Positions 9,667 to 20,832 of a stretch of DNA of 64,000 nucleotides are shown piece by piece (positions within the stretch are counted from its first letter, which is position 1; each line of letters starts with the position of its first letter). The stretch lies in contig OZ251238.1 of NCBI GenBank assembly GCA_965240325.2, positions 186,001 to 250,000 on the forward strand, read 5' to 3'. The notes below the pieces were generated by a model. That model was not told the DNA's origin. It worked only from the letters and a program-made list of their open reading frames with translations, and ran no database searches. Both the position numbers and the translations under genes were made by a program. The stretch is from Rebecca billardiae RCC1528 (lineage: Eukaryota; Protista; Haptophyta).

Positions 9667-9712
9667 ATCCCTGGTCCCTCTCCATCTAAGCACGCGGACC
9701 AACCATCCAGCC
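9641..9712 (+). ncRNA. Candidate SECIS element (CC-type apical motif) overlapping the stop codon
   Basis: AUGAU (9653-57) / GGAC (9696-99) kink-turn quartet. An 11-bp helix GCG-GCTTAGAT / ATCTAAGC-A-CGC. CC at 9669-70, exactly where canonical SECIS has AA. Weak lower helix TGGT/ACCA. Confidence 0.6.
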
Positions 9713-10550
9713 AAACGACCCCAGCACGTCGGCCTGTAACACGACGACTACACACACGACCCTTGCTACACGACCCTTGCTACACGGCGACTAGACGACT
9801 GACATCATCACGCGTGCGTACATGCCCACCGCAGTCGGGGCCGGGCGCTGCAGGAAGGCCGGGCGGACGGCGACGCGCCGGCCAGACGGCGATCCGCGGT
9901 GACTATATCGCGCTGGCTGTCTGGCGATCCGCGGTGACTATATCGCGCTACTCGAGGCCCGTGGGCGTGGCATCGTCAGTTCGTCTGTCGTCATCGCGTC
10001 GTCATTACTCATTAGTCATTAGCGGCCGGCGGCGCCGCGTCGTCCTATGCGCCAGTCCGGGGGCGCGCCGCTGGCCGGGCCGGGGTCCGAGCGCGGCGCG
10101 CCTCGGCCGGCTTCATCACTAGCCCTCAAGGCGGCCGTGGTTATCCATGCATGCTGCCATGCAGGCGCGGACGTTATTATTCGTCGCACTGCTACGTCGT
10201 ACGAGTTCGTAGTCCTAGTATACTGCTTAAGTGCTTATATATTATTATAATGTCCCCACGCAGTAGTCGATCATTAGCACTACCACCGGCACCGGCCGGG
10301 GCGGCATCCGACTCCGCATCGTCGTCAGCATTGTACTCCGGCCGAGTATCTGCGTACGGCGCATACCTGAATTAATATAATTATATATATATAATAATAA
10401 TAATAAGTCGATATAGATATAGCTAGTAGGTCGGCTGGCGCCGCCCTGCTAGCTCACGAATTCTGCTCTGAACTCATCCGGACTCGGACGAGGCTGGGCA
10501 GGCTGGCCGCCGAAGGCGGGAAGGAGGGCCGGGGCCGAGTGGATATGAGC

Positions 10551-12521
10551 TCAGATCGTCGACATCTGCGTCTGGCCGGGCACGGACAGCCCGGAGGAGC
10601 TGGCTTCGTGCTGGGCCTTGCTGTTGCTCTTCGCCCACTTGCTCGGGGAGCGCATCGCGGAGAGAATCCCGGGGGACTTGGCCGGCGAGTCGCTGACCCC
10701 ACGCGTGCCGAGCGAGGCCCGCCGTGGCACCGGGTGCTTGGAACTGTCCAGCACGTGCTCCCACCGCTCGATGTTGTGGTCGACGAGCGACAGCAGCGGC
10801 TGTGCCTCGCGCGCCATGTCGGCGAGCATCGCGTACACCGGGCGGGCACTCTCCCCTGCGCGAGACGGCGCGGCGGCGGCGGCGAGATGGCGCGCGGGGG
10901 TGCGTTGTGTGTCAGAGCGAGTGGGTGCGCGCGCGCGCGCGCCCTGCGCGCCCGCGCAGGCGGTGCCACGCGCTCACTCCCAAGGGTGATCTGGCACTTG
11001 ATGGCGTTGCGGTCCGCGTTGCGGTCGCAGAATGCCGAGACTTCCGCGCCGGGCAGCTTGCGCTCGTAGTCGCCCTGGCGGTGGTGCTCCTTCATCATCT
11101 TGCACGCCCAACGCTCGTTCACAGCCGGCGGCCGCGAGGCGGTCGCGAGCACGGCGGCCTTCAGGATCACCTGGCTGACGACGAGCGAGTGGCCGGCGAG
11201 CACGAGGTTCTCCACAGTCGCGATCGGTGCGTCGGGTTCGGAGGTCGCGATAGACATCGTGGGCTTCTTGCCCTGCGCGCGAGCGGCGTACGCGCGCGCA
11301 GCACCAGCGAGGGTGCGTCGCAACGGGCTGTCAGCCAGCTGGCCTGGCCGCGCGGCGCTGACATGCGTGCGCGCGGGCGCATGCGCGCACCCCAACGGCA
11401 GGCGCAGCCGCCGCCCTCGTGCCCCCGTCCGCGGCCTGGCCGACTGCCGCGCGCGCATTCTTGAGGACGTTTTCGTGCTGCGCCGGATCGGTCGCAACAA
11501 TGAGCTCGGTGATGCGCGCGCGGATCGAGTTGGCCACCTCGAGGCCGAGGCGCGTGAGCACGTTCGTGTCGGGCGACTCGAGCAGCTTGTTCGCCACGGA
11601 GGCTTGGTGCTTCTTGAGGGCGCCGTCAGCGCCGTGCTGGTCCACGATCGCGTGCTCGACCGCAACGACGTACTCGTTGGAGAAGCCGGGGTGGTCGACG
11701 TCGTGCACGAACGCGGCGAGCAGGATGGCAAGCCGATCGTGTGGCGGCAGGTGGTCCTTCACAGACGGCTGCTCGGTGATCATGAACGCGGCCTGCAGCG
11801 CGTCGACTGACTTCTGGAAGGACGAGAAAGGGTGCGGGTACATGAGCTCGCGCGTGCGCGAGATCAGCGCGATGAGCCGGCCGTCGTGCGCGTTCACGCC
11901 GTTCAGGATGCCCGAGCGGTCGAACATGCGGTGCACGACGACGCACAGCGTCTCGATCGTGAAAGCATGCGGGTAGAAGTGCCAGCGCGTGTAGACCCGA
12001 TCGTCTTTGACCGCCTTGCCCTCAAAGTCGTCGCCGCGGTAGTGGAACGCGTCGTCCTTGATGTGCGAGTAGCCGATCGCGAGCTGCGTGTCATTGGGCA
12101 CGTCGAGATCAACCTGCAGGTCTGTGACTAGCGTGCCGACAGAGCCTCGGTGGAAGAGGTTGGTGACCGACGAGGCGCGGCGCTTGTGCGCGCCGGGCGT
12201 CTGGGCAGGCGGCGTCGACATGGCCGGCGTGACCGGCGGCGATGGCACGTTTGTGCCATCACCACCACCGCCACCGCCGCGTGAGCCGCCGCCCGAGGTA
12301 TCGCCGGGCAGCGTGAGATCGCCCAGGCCGCCTGGCTTGCGCGCGCTGCTCTTGCGGGGGAGCCCCGAGCTGTTGCCCTGCCCATCCGAGCTGGGCCGGC
12401 CGGGCTGCGAGGATGCGCGCCCCTGCTCCGCCGCGTCGCCCGCGTCGTCTGCCTCCGGGTCGGGCGCGACCGTGGCGTTGGATTTGCCCGCGCGAGCGCG
12501 AGTGGGTGCAAAGCTGACCAT
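10551..12521 (-). CDS. Class I cyclic-nucleotide phosphodiesterase-like protein, probably catalytically impaired; exons 12521-11391, 11272-10978, 10855-10551
   Basis: HDVDHPGFSNEY, LIVATD, W...KEHHRQGDYER, conserved Gln (KCQ), NIERW. GT-AG introns keep the frame. YHNxxH is replaced by FSSFQK and KxAD by KAAV. Confidence 0.85.
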
Positions 12522-12965
12522 GGTGGGACTTCGGGACCTCTGCCGCCGGCCAGCTTAAGCCAGTCGCGCCGAGCTGTGAGCTACGGCGCACTCCGTCGCG
12601 TGCGAGCGCGAAGCGACGGGCAGCTGCTTGATCTGCTGCGTAGGCCCCGCTCCCACCTGACACGGCGCGACACCGCGCGCGCCTGGTGCGGCCGGTCGTC
12701 AGCACACCCTCGTCAAGCGGCGGGGCTTTCGACGACCCCACAAGCTTGGGGAACAGACACGCCTGGCCCTCGGCGGCGGCTGCACCCCTTTAATGAGAGT
12801 CCGCAATACTCCGGCATACACGGTTCGTATGACGAATCCGTAACGACTATTTATAGCCTGATTGCGCCACCTCTATCAGTGCCGGGTAGCTCTGGTAGTA
12901 TTTCCGCTGCATCAGCGCCTGCAGACTGCACGCGTATGGCGGGGGTATTTTGTACGTCGCTACAT

Positions 12966-13664
12966 GTGGCTGAGTCAGTTTAAATTCCCCTTCGGCGAAG
13001 GGAAACTTTTTCCGCGCAAAGCCCGGTCAAAGAAAGTCGAAACCCGCTGACTCACCCGCAAGCTCAGAGTGGGCCGCCCGTGCGGTTGCCAGCATGCCTG
13101 CGGTCGGCCGTCCTGGGCGAGCCGCAGTGATCGGAGCCAACTGGATGGGCTCGGTCACAGCCGAGTCAGCAGGGAGGTGATCGTAGCGAGCAGCACCGCC
13201 GACATGCGGCATGTTCAAGGACGAGGTGCTGAGTCATGCAGCAGCTCGGCTCGCGGCACGGAGCGGCTCACGTCGGATGGCGGCGTGGAGTGATGCCGGC
13301 CTCGACAAGCGTCAGACACGCTGCCTACAGGCCTGACAGGATGCACTGAGCAAGCTGCGCCAGTGGGTGCGGCAGCGACATGCGTCTCTAGCTGCGCCGT
13401 GACCTCTTGACGCGCTGGCCGCCGCCCGGCGCCCAGCGCGCGCGCTGCCGCGCGCCGCGCGGCCTCAGGCTGGAGCCGTCTCGCGATCCAATCTGACTCA
13501 CACTTCTCAGAAATTCAAAAAAATGGACTTTCTCGCCCAATTTTGGTCCTTCGTCGACGTTCTTGGGCTCTACGTGCTCCTCTCGACGAGGCGCTTCGGG
13601 TAGGCTAGCTAACTCGGATCGCGACCCCTGCACTAAAAAGGGGATTTTAAACTGACTCAGCCAC
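12966..13664. mobile_element. Non-autonomous TIR element (~700 bp), 4-bp TSD ACAT
   Basis: GTGGCTGAGTCAGTTTAAATTCCCCTT vs reverse complement of right end GTGGCTGAGTCAGTTTAAAATCCCCTT. ACAT at 12962-65 and 13665-68. Confidence 0.8.
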
Positions 13665-13678
13665 ACATGATCGTACTT

Positions 13679-13730
13679 TAAATTCCCCTTTATAACGGGC
13701 TCCGGGTGATCAGACTGGCGGCCGAAGCCT
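13679..13730 (+). repeat. 52-bp dispersed repeat, exact inverted copy at 63859-63910 (probable TE end)
   Basis: TAAATTCCCCTTTATAACGGGCTCCGGGTGATCAGACTGGCGGCCGAAGCCT. Confidence 0.85.
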
Positions 13731-14832
13731 CCAGCCCTACCCTGGCCAGCCCCCAACCAACCACCACCCTCACCCAACCTCAAACCACTGACCGATACAC
13801 CAAGTGTACTGGTACCGTACTACTGTGCGCCTGGGTCGGGGGTCCATGATGATCATCCGCCAGCGCATCAGTTCAAGGGACGTGTAACCGTCGTTCGTTC
13901 GCGAAGTCGATCCCTCCTCGCTCCCGCGCAACGGACAGTGACTGAGTGAGACTGGCATCGGCAGAATGGCATGCACTCATGTAATCTGATCAGCTCCTGG
14001 CTGTACAGTAACAGGCGTGATTGCCGACTGATATGCATGCGAGTAATTGCAGCGAGACGTGCCATATTGCGTGCTTAATCAGTAGTAGTCTTATAGTAGC
14101 CTGGACTCATAATTAGTCGTAGTAGTTAGCAGGCGTCATAGACACTACGGGTGCGGTACTGTACCGCAGTACATACTAACATAGCTGCCCAAGCGTGCCG
14201 CGGGCGGCTAGTGGCGCGCTTCGACAGCCGCCGGTCGGAATCACCGCCGGCACTAACTACGACTACACAACAATAACCGTGTCGTAGTTATCTATAGTGA
14301 ATCGATGATCGCGTATCATCGGCGGACGATCTCATCCGCCTGACTCATCGCCATCCGGCCGCTACTATAACTACTCGGTACTATACGTGGTAACTACTCA
14401 CTGACGACGCAATGGCTAGTCTAGCTGGGCGCTGCATAGTCAGTACCTCCGTGAGTGCCGAGAGTGCCCAGTGCCTCGGGCGGCCTGCCGTCTGCCGACT
14501 ACTTGCCAGCACTTGCCACTTGGCGCGGTCTGAGTAGTGAGTCAGTCGCTGCCTGTAATCAGGTGTGACTGTGAGGCGCCGCCCGCGGCCTCGTATCGTC
14601 TCCACGGATAGATATCGCCAACCGCGGCACCGCCCGACATCGTCGTCAGGCCGACGTCAGTGCAGCCGGCTGCGGCAGAAACTGACGAAGATCGAGCCGG
14701 ACCTGGTGCTGACCTGTGCTCGCTCGGTCATACCTCCGCCAGCCCTCCACGTGCTGCAGACCTCCCTCCAGCCGGCCCTCGGCCCATCCTCAAAAAAATA
14801 GCGCAGGCGAAATCGCCCCAAACAAAGGCGGC

Positions 14833-16971
14833 CAGGCCCTCAGACAGGTTGCACGGAAAAATGACCGCCCGCGACTGACAGATGTTACATTCCCAGTGGA
14901 CGCGACCTGTCCACCCGTCTTTCGGTACATGGCGCCGTCGCCGTGCGCCCGGAAGCGGCGCGCGCTCTCGCGCGCTGCACGATGCCCGCTGTTGCGGGTG
15001 CAGCGCGCCACTCCGCGCCTCGATCGGCCTCTTCCTGCTTGAGTAGCATGTACCGAAAGTCAACCACCCTTGAGCTCCAATCGCGACATCGCGCAGCCGC
15101 GCGGCACGTTCGCGCGGCATCTGAGTCACAGAGGGCAGCAGAGCAGGCCGTCTCAGCCTGGAAGAGTCCCAGGCCCGGTGTGAAGAGACGTAGCAATGCA
15201 AGGTGGATACGTGCCGTGCACGTCGCAGTCTGGCTGCACACGACGTTCGCAGCCTACGACTCGCGCGTGCGTGCTTGCGCTCGGCCACGTCCATTCATCA
15301 GCCGTGCGTGTATTGGATGGAGCGCGCGCGCGACTGGTCTTGCACATCACGTCGCGCAGCAACAGTCGCGGGAAGAGACACGCGACACTCATAGTATGCG
15401 ACAACTTTGCAATGTTCATCCAGCGCGTGTTGGTGAGGTTCGAAAAGCTGGCGGCGGCTACCTCTCAACCGCTCGGTTGCACTTGATGGTGCATGCGCGC
15501 CGGCCGGAGCGCTGAAGTGTCAGAGTCGTGGCATGCTCGAGGCTCTTGGATGAGGAGACGGCCGCTACGCAGTCTATCTATGTCGTCAGCATGAAGAACG
15601 GCATCCACGCACGACGCCTCGCGAACGCACACCTGCTTCCGCGCTGTGACACGCATCGACAAGAACCGCTCAGCAGGCTGACGAGGCACCACGCCTCACT
15701 CACGCCCAAGAACAGCAGGGCGAGTGCTAAGAAGCGGGCGAAGGAAGCTGTCGCTCGCTGCGGCAAGGACGCTCTCACTGTATGAATGTCATTGAGCCCT
15801 ACATAGCCTTCTTTGTCTCGCGTGAGCTCAGCATCAAGGGTGAGGCGCGAGGTGTTGCGCAGACGGTCGCACAGGCTCACGTAGACAGCTCGATGGTGAT
15901 GATCGAGAGCTTCTATCAAGTGTTCAGATGCAGAGCGCGTGCGTACACCGAGCAGGAGCTGACGACCTACATGGTATCTATGCCACGCGTGGATCTCCCC
16001 GCCGGCCCACAAGTCGCTGACGACTTATTGTCGAACTCGAATGCTCGCGCGCGGCATTGCGGGCGAAGGCTGCACTCGGGCGACGAGCTCGGTCCGATCA
16101 TGACGGTTTGCCATACTGCGCGTGGTGACGGGCGTTGGGCTCGAGACGGATGGCGCGGGCGGTGTGACGCAGATAGAGCTGGGCGTGTGCGCTCGCTCCG
16201 AGACGCGTCGAAGGGAGGACTGTCTCCAGCTGCCTGATGATCCTGGACGAGAGGGTGATGCTGCCGTGGCTGTTTGCCGTCTCACGCGACGTGTGATGGG
16301 ATGATGACAGTCACTGCCGACGGCGAGGGGGTCCCGGCTGTGCTAGCTCAAGGGATGTAGCGCACGCGGACAAGTCCTGACGACACGCGCATTCAGCTAG
16401 TCATGATGCGGGGCTGCATCGACACGCGAGGCGCGCGCCACCCACGAGCGGCGAGTGGGCGGGCGCCATCCTTCAGAGGCGCCGTCTCTCAGAAATGTAA
16501 CACCAAGGACAGTTTCCTGTGCAACCTGTCCTCAAAGATCCGGTCACGGTGCTCGGTAATCGTACCGGTGCACCGGCGCCGCAGGCGCCGGTGTACCGGT
16601 ACACCGGTGCGCGCACCGCGGGGGGGTCCGGGGGGGTGTCCCCCCCGGGGCCCCGCCAGCCCGAGGCGAAGAAAATTTTTGGGCCTATTTACTGATAGAA
16701 ACAGCCCAATTATTGGACGAAATCGGCGGCGTAATTCCGCGCCTCCCCTGATGATGATCGAGTGCCAGCCAGCAGTGGTCCTCCGACCTCGGACACTGAC
16801 AAGTGACAGCTCCGCGTACTCCGTACTCGCGGGTGCTGTGGTCCGGGCGCACACGACCCCTCCCGGACTCTCACCGGTGCGCGCGGCAGTTTGTGGCGGT
16901 GCATACCGGTACGCACCGGTACGCACCGGTACGGTATTTACCGGTGTCCGGTGTACCGTCTTGGAGCCCTG
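14833..16971. mobile_element. hAT-like non-autonomous element (outer), 8-bp TSD AAGGCGGC
   Basis: Termini CAGGCC.../...GCCCTG. Exact TSD at 14825-14832 and 16972-16979. Subterminal ACCGGT-rich palindromic repeats at both ends once the inner insertion is removed. Confidence 0.8.
14845..16528. mobile_element. hAT-like element (inner) inserted into the left TIR of the outer element
   Basis: TIR CAGGTTGCAC.../...GTGCAACCTG with subterminal TGTTACATT/AATGTAACA. Degenerate 8-bp TSD CCCTCAGA / TCCTCAAA. Only broken, unrecognised ORFs inside. Confidence 0.7.
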
Positions 16972-17593
16972 AAGGCGGCCCGCCAGGAAACATGGCTCTA
17001 CTACCAGTACCTGCCGGACGGCTGGAGGCTGCGGCGAGATCGAGATCCAGTGAATCCACTGATGAAGAGTGGTGCGATAAACACCGAAGGCTGGTGGCAG
17101 CTTACTAATCAGAAGATGGCTCAAACAACCAGAGGTCACAGCACACCATGCATCGTGCCCGGACCGTGCGCGGTCCGGCAGTGCACAGACTCACAGTGGA
17201 CCGGATGTTCTTCCGGGTGAGGCGGCACTCGCCGCCGCAAGGGAAAGCGCATCAGCAGGCGGCTCCGAGTCGCAGCTGCATCGCGTGCCGACGCGGCTGC
17301 TGCCGACAGCGCAGCGCCGGTCGGCAGGATGAATGCGGGCGGAGGGGCCGTCCGTTCCTGGCAATGCCTCATCCCTCTAATCCCATGCAAGCCTCCGCTT
17401 AAGGCGGCAGGCAAGGCATAGGGTCTGCTCATCTCTATTCCATATGCTGATCATCAGCAGTTGGATAAGTGATATGGTTGATTGGCTGACAGCCACGTCA
17501 GCGGCGCCGTTGAGGCCCATTTGAGATGGGCAGCGCAGCTGACTCAGTCAGGGGACCTGGTTGACCCAGATGCCTGATTAGTGAAGCTCCACG

Positions 17594-17995
17594 ATGCCCG
17601 TCCAGCAGGTGTTCGACGTGCCCGCGACGTCAGCGTTCGACTCGACGTTGAGCGAGGCGCTCGCGCGTGCGCAGGCGAGTAACGCGACGACAGTCGTCCT
17701 CGTCACGTCCGACTCGCCCAACGGTGCCCCGTGGTGCCCGGATTGCCGCCATGCAGATCCCGTGGTGGACGCTGTGCTCGCGGCGCATCCCGGACCAATC
17801 GTGCTCGTGCGTGCCGAGTGCAAGCGCAGCGAGTACGCCGGGAACGCGTCGTATGCCTATCGGAAGCACGCACAGCTGCGCCTGACGGCGATACCCACAC
17901 TGTACAAGTGGACCGCCAAAGGGCCATCGAACAAGCTCGTCGAGGGCCAGTGCGCCAACAAGCAGCTCGTTGCCCTGCTGCTCAATGAGGGCTGA
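17594..17995 (+). CDS. TXNDC17: Thioredoxin domain-containing protein 17 (TRP14)
   Basis: WCPDC active site, YRKH..LRLTAIPTLYKW, KLVEGQC; 133 aa. Confidence 0.9.
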   Translation: MPVQQVFDVPATSAFDSTLSEALARAQASNATTVVLVTSDSPNGAPWCPDCRHADPVVDAVLAAHPGPIVLVRAECKRSEYAGNASYAYRKHAQLRLTAIPTLYKWTAKGPSNKLVEGQCANKQLVALLLNEG

Positions 17996-18375
17996 TGCAG
18001 AGGAACGGCGGGCTGGACAGCGACCGGGGTCAGCTGACGCTGATGGACGTCAAACGGGTGCATGGATATGCGTCACGACCGACTGAGTGACTCCGCAAGC
18101 ACGACCGGCCGTCGCTGGCCGATCGGACGGCGCCCGCAGCCCGCTGCCACTCCCGCGCCATCCGACGGCGGGCCGCGCAGCGCCGCAGCGGAGCAGCGCA
18201 CGCGGCGCACGGCGCGCATAACGCCGCCTATAGTTATATATCATCGGGCCGCGGACGGCGGAACAGCCTCAACAGGCTCACGACTGTGTGTGTGTGTGTG
18301 TGTATATATGTATAGCATCAGTAGCCGCATCCGCTTCAACGCCCAGAGCGCACTAGTCGGCGCGCCCAGAGCGCA

Positions 18376-19591
18376 CTACTCACTAGGCGGCGCGCTCACT
18401 CTCCAAGCGTCACGCGACACGCCCTGCTCCTTGCCGAGCAGCGCGCGCAGCGCACGCTTCTCCTGCTCGGCGTCGCACAGCGGCTGCTCCCGCGGCACGT
18501 TCGAGGTCTCGAGCGGCCGGCATAGCGCTGCGCTCAGCTCCGCGGGCTGGTAGCCGCAGTCCCACGCCGCCTGGTCGCCGTCCACGTCGCCGCCCTTCGG
18601 GCCGAACGCCAGCACGAAGCGCGCCACGAGCTCCGCGTGCGCGCTGCGATCAGCCGCGTCCCGCCCCTCGGGGCGCTCGGCGCCATCTGCCCCGGGCGGC
18701 AGCGGCGTGCGCGCACCGAGCTCGTGCACCAGCCCTGCCAGCGCTCCAGCTCGTGCAACAGCCCTACCAGCGTTCCAGCACCGCCGAGTGCTGAAACGGC
18801 CGGTGGCTGCAGGGGAAGCCTGCGCGCGCGCGCTTGTCGCCCTGCACCTCCACCGCGCCCTCGAAGTGGTTGCAGAAGTAGCGAGCCTTGGTGAGGACGA
18901 AGCGGTGCGAACCGTACTGCCGACCAATTGCGTCCGCGCGAGCCATCTGCCGCACGAGGACGCCCTGCACGGGCTGGGCCGCGAGGACGGCCGGCGCCAT
19001 CGCCTGCGCGCAGTGCGGCCGCGCGTGGTGCGCGACCGCCCAGCCGAACTGCATCGAGGCGAGCCTGCGCTGCTCCTGCACCGGCCGCCCCGCGCGCACG
19101 GCGTCCACGTGCTCCTGGATCGTCGGCCGCGAGAGCACGAGGAACTCGTTCGAGTTGATGGTCAGCACCCAGTCGCGCGCGCTGCGCGTGTACACGTGCT
19201 GGGTGAACGCCCGGTCCTGCAGCAACGCGTCGCCCTTGTCCTCCGGCGCGGCGAGGAGAAGCAGCTTGCCCGATGGGTGCGGCGCGTGCGTGTTGTTCAT
19301 CGCCGCATCCGACTGGATCGCCACGACGCGGTCGAAGCCGAGGCCGACGCACCAGTCGACAAAATGGGGCAGGATGGCGAGTCAAAGTGCAGCCGCGTCA
19401 GGACCGTGAAGCGCTCGCGTTGCTCCGGCTGCGGCGGTGGCGCCGCTGCCCCCGGCTGCTCGGAGCCGAGCGCGCCGAGAACGAGCACGGCCACCAGCGT
19501 GAAGGTCGCCGCGCTCGACCAGGAGCGCACACGGCCTCTTGTACGTGCGAGGCTCCCGACGCATGCGCTGCGCCTTGCGAGCAGCAGCCAT
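18376..19591 (-). pseudogene. Frameshifted GT-A glycosyltransferase (Glyco_tranf_2_4/GT92-like) pseudogene, inverted paralog of the gene at window start
   Basis: Signal-anchor-like TFTLVAVLVLGALG. RFTVLTRLHFDSP then a frameshift (~19374) into LPHFVDWCVGLGFDRVVAIQSD. DWVLTINSNEFLVL, where DxDE has become NSNE. Further break near 18764. The C-terminus diverges after LLGKE. Confidence 0.7.
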
Positions 19592-20832
19592 CGTGGACGG
19601 CAAGTTGGCGATCGCCGATCGGCACAGTGTACCGGCTACAGTATTCTATTCTATTGTACAAGTAGTGTACTCGCACAAGCTAGTACGTGAACATTACTGA
19701 CTTTGTACAGTCTACGATCGGCTGGTGCTCGCCCGGACGCACGGTGCCCGGATGCGAGTCCACCACCCTCAGCGCCTGCGGCGTTGCGTCAGCCGCATGA
19801 CGACGGACCTTGGACGGACGAGCCGGCGCCTCTAGCCCTAGGTGGAGTACCCCGAGTGTGGGCGCAGGCGCCGCCGGCGGGCGCGCGGTGGAGGAATGCT
19901 TGCCCTTTCTCTCGCAGGACGGGAGCACGTCGATTGAGAGGGTCGCGGCGCGCACGGCCTTCCGTGACGTTGTGAACTCTCAACTCGGTTCGTAATCGCA
20001 TCATCAGCATGCGCAGCGGCTTTGGCATGCGCTGCGCACACACGAACGAAGCGCCTGTGCTGCTGGCGGGGTGTGTGCACGGAGCAAAAGGACTGCACGG
20101 TCAGCGTGCTCATCACATACCAAGACGACGAGGTGGCGATCAAGCGTCGCGCGTCGCGATGGTCTGTAGCCGTGCCTTACTGCCTACGGCGCCAACGTGT
20201 CCTTCATTTGCTCACCACCGTTGACCCTGACGGCCTCGTGCAGCAGACGCAGTGGCGCATCCCGGCAGCGGCGCTCCAGCTTCGCGAAGGGCTCTTGTCC
20301 GCACAGGACGGCCTGGCGGAGTTGTGCCTCTGCGGCTGCAATTGCCTCTTCAGCTCGCGCCATGCGGCTGTGCAGCTGAAACTGCGGCGGGGCGTTTCTC
20401 AGGAAGTCCGTAAGTCGCTGGCGACGCCGGCTGCCCTCACGTGCGCCTGCCGAGCGACCGGTGCGGCGGCCTTCGGATTCCTTTGGTGATTCGTAGAATT
20501 GTAATTGCACGGTAATAAGTAGTGATTAATACCTGCTTTCAGATCCCTTCGGGTTGGCCGTTGGTGCGTCAAGATCCCGGCCCTCAATTCATCATTTGGT
20601 ACAGCGATATTACAATAGACTTTACTGAGTTCTTATGCAAGAGCTCGTATTCATCGCGAGCGCCCGTATTCATCGCAAGCGCCCATATTCATCCGCGTTC
20701 GGTCCGGGTCATCAGCCCCTTCAGATTCCTTCCATCACCCCAAGCGCTTCGACCCGCGCGTGCGCGTGGCCTCCTCCGCCTCCGCTCACATCGGCACGGC
20801 CTCGTTGAGAACGAGCCATCGGCGACGCCCAG

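Noticed and set aside
14900-16450. hAT transposase ORF in the inner element
   Set aside because: Fragmented frames with no recognisable BED finger, DDE or dimerisation motifs
19700-20510. Minus-strand gene (MARAEEAIAAAEAQLRQ...)
   Set aside because: Short, interrupted by stops and unrecognised; possibly a relic but unsupported
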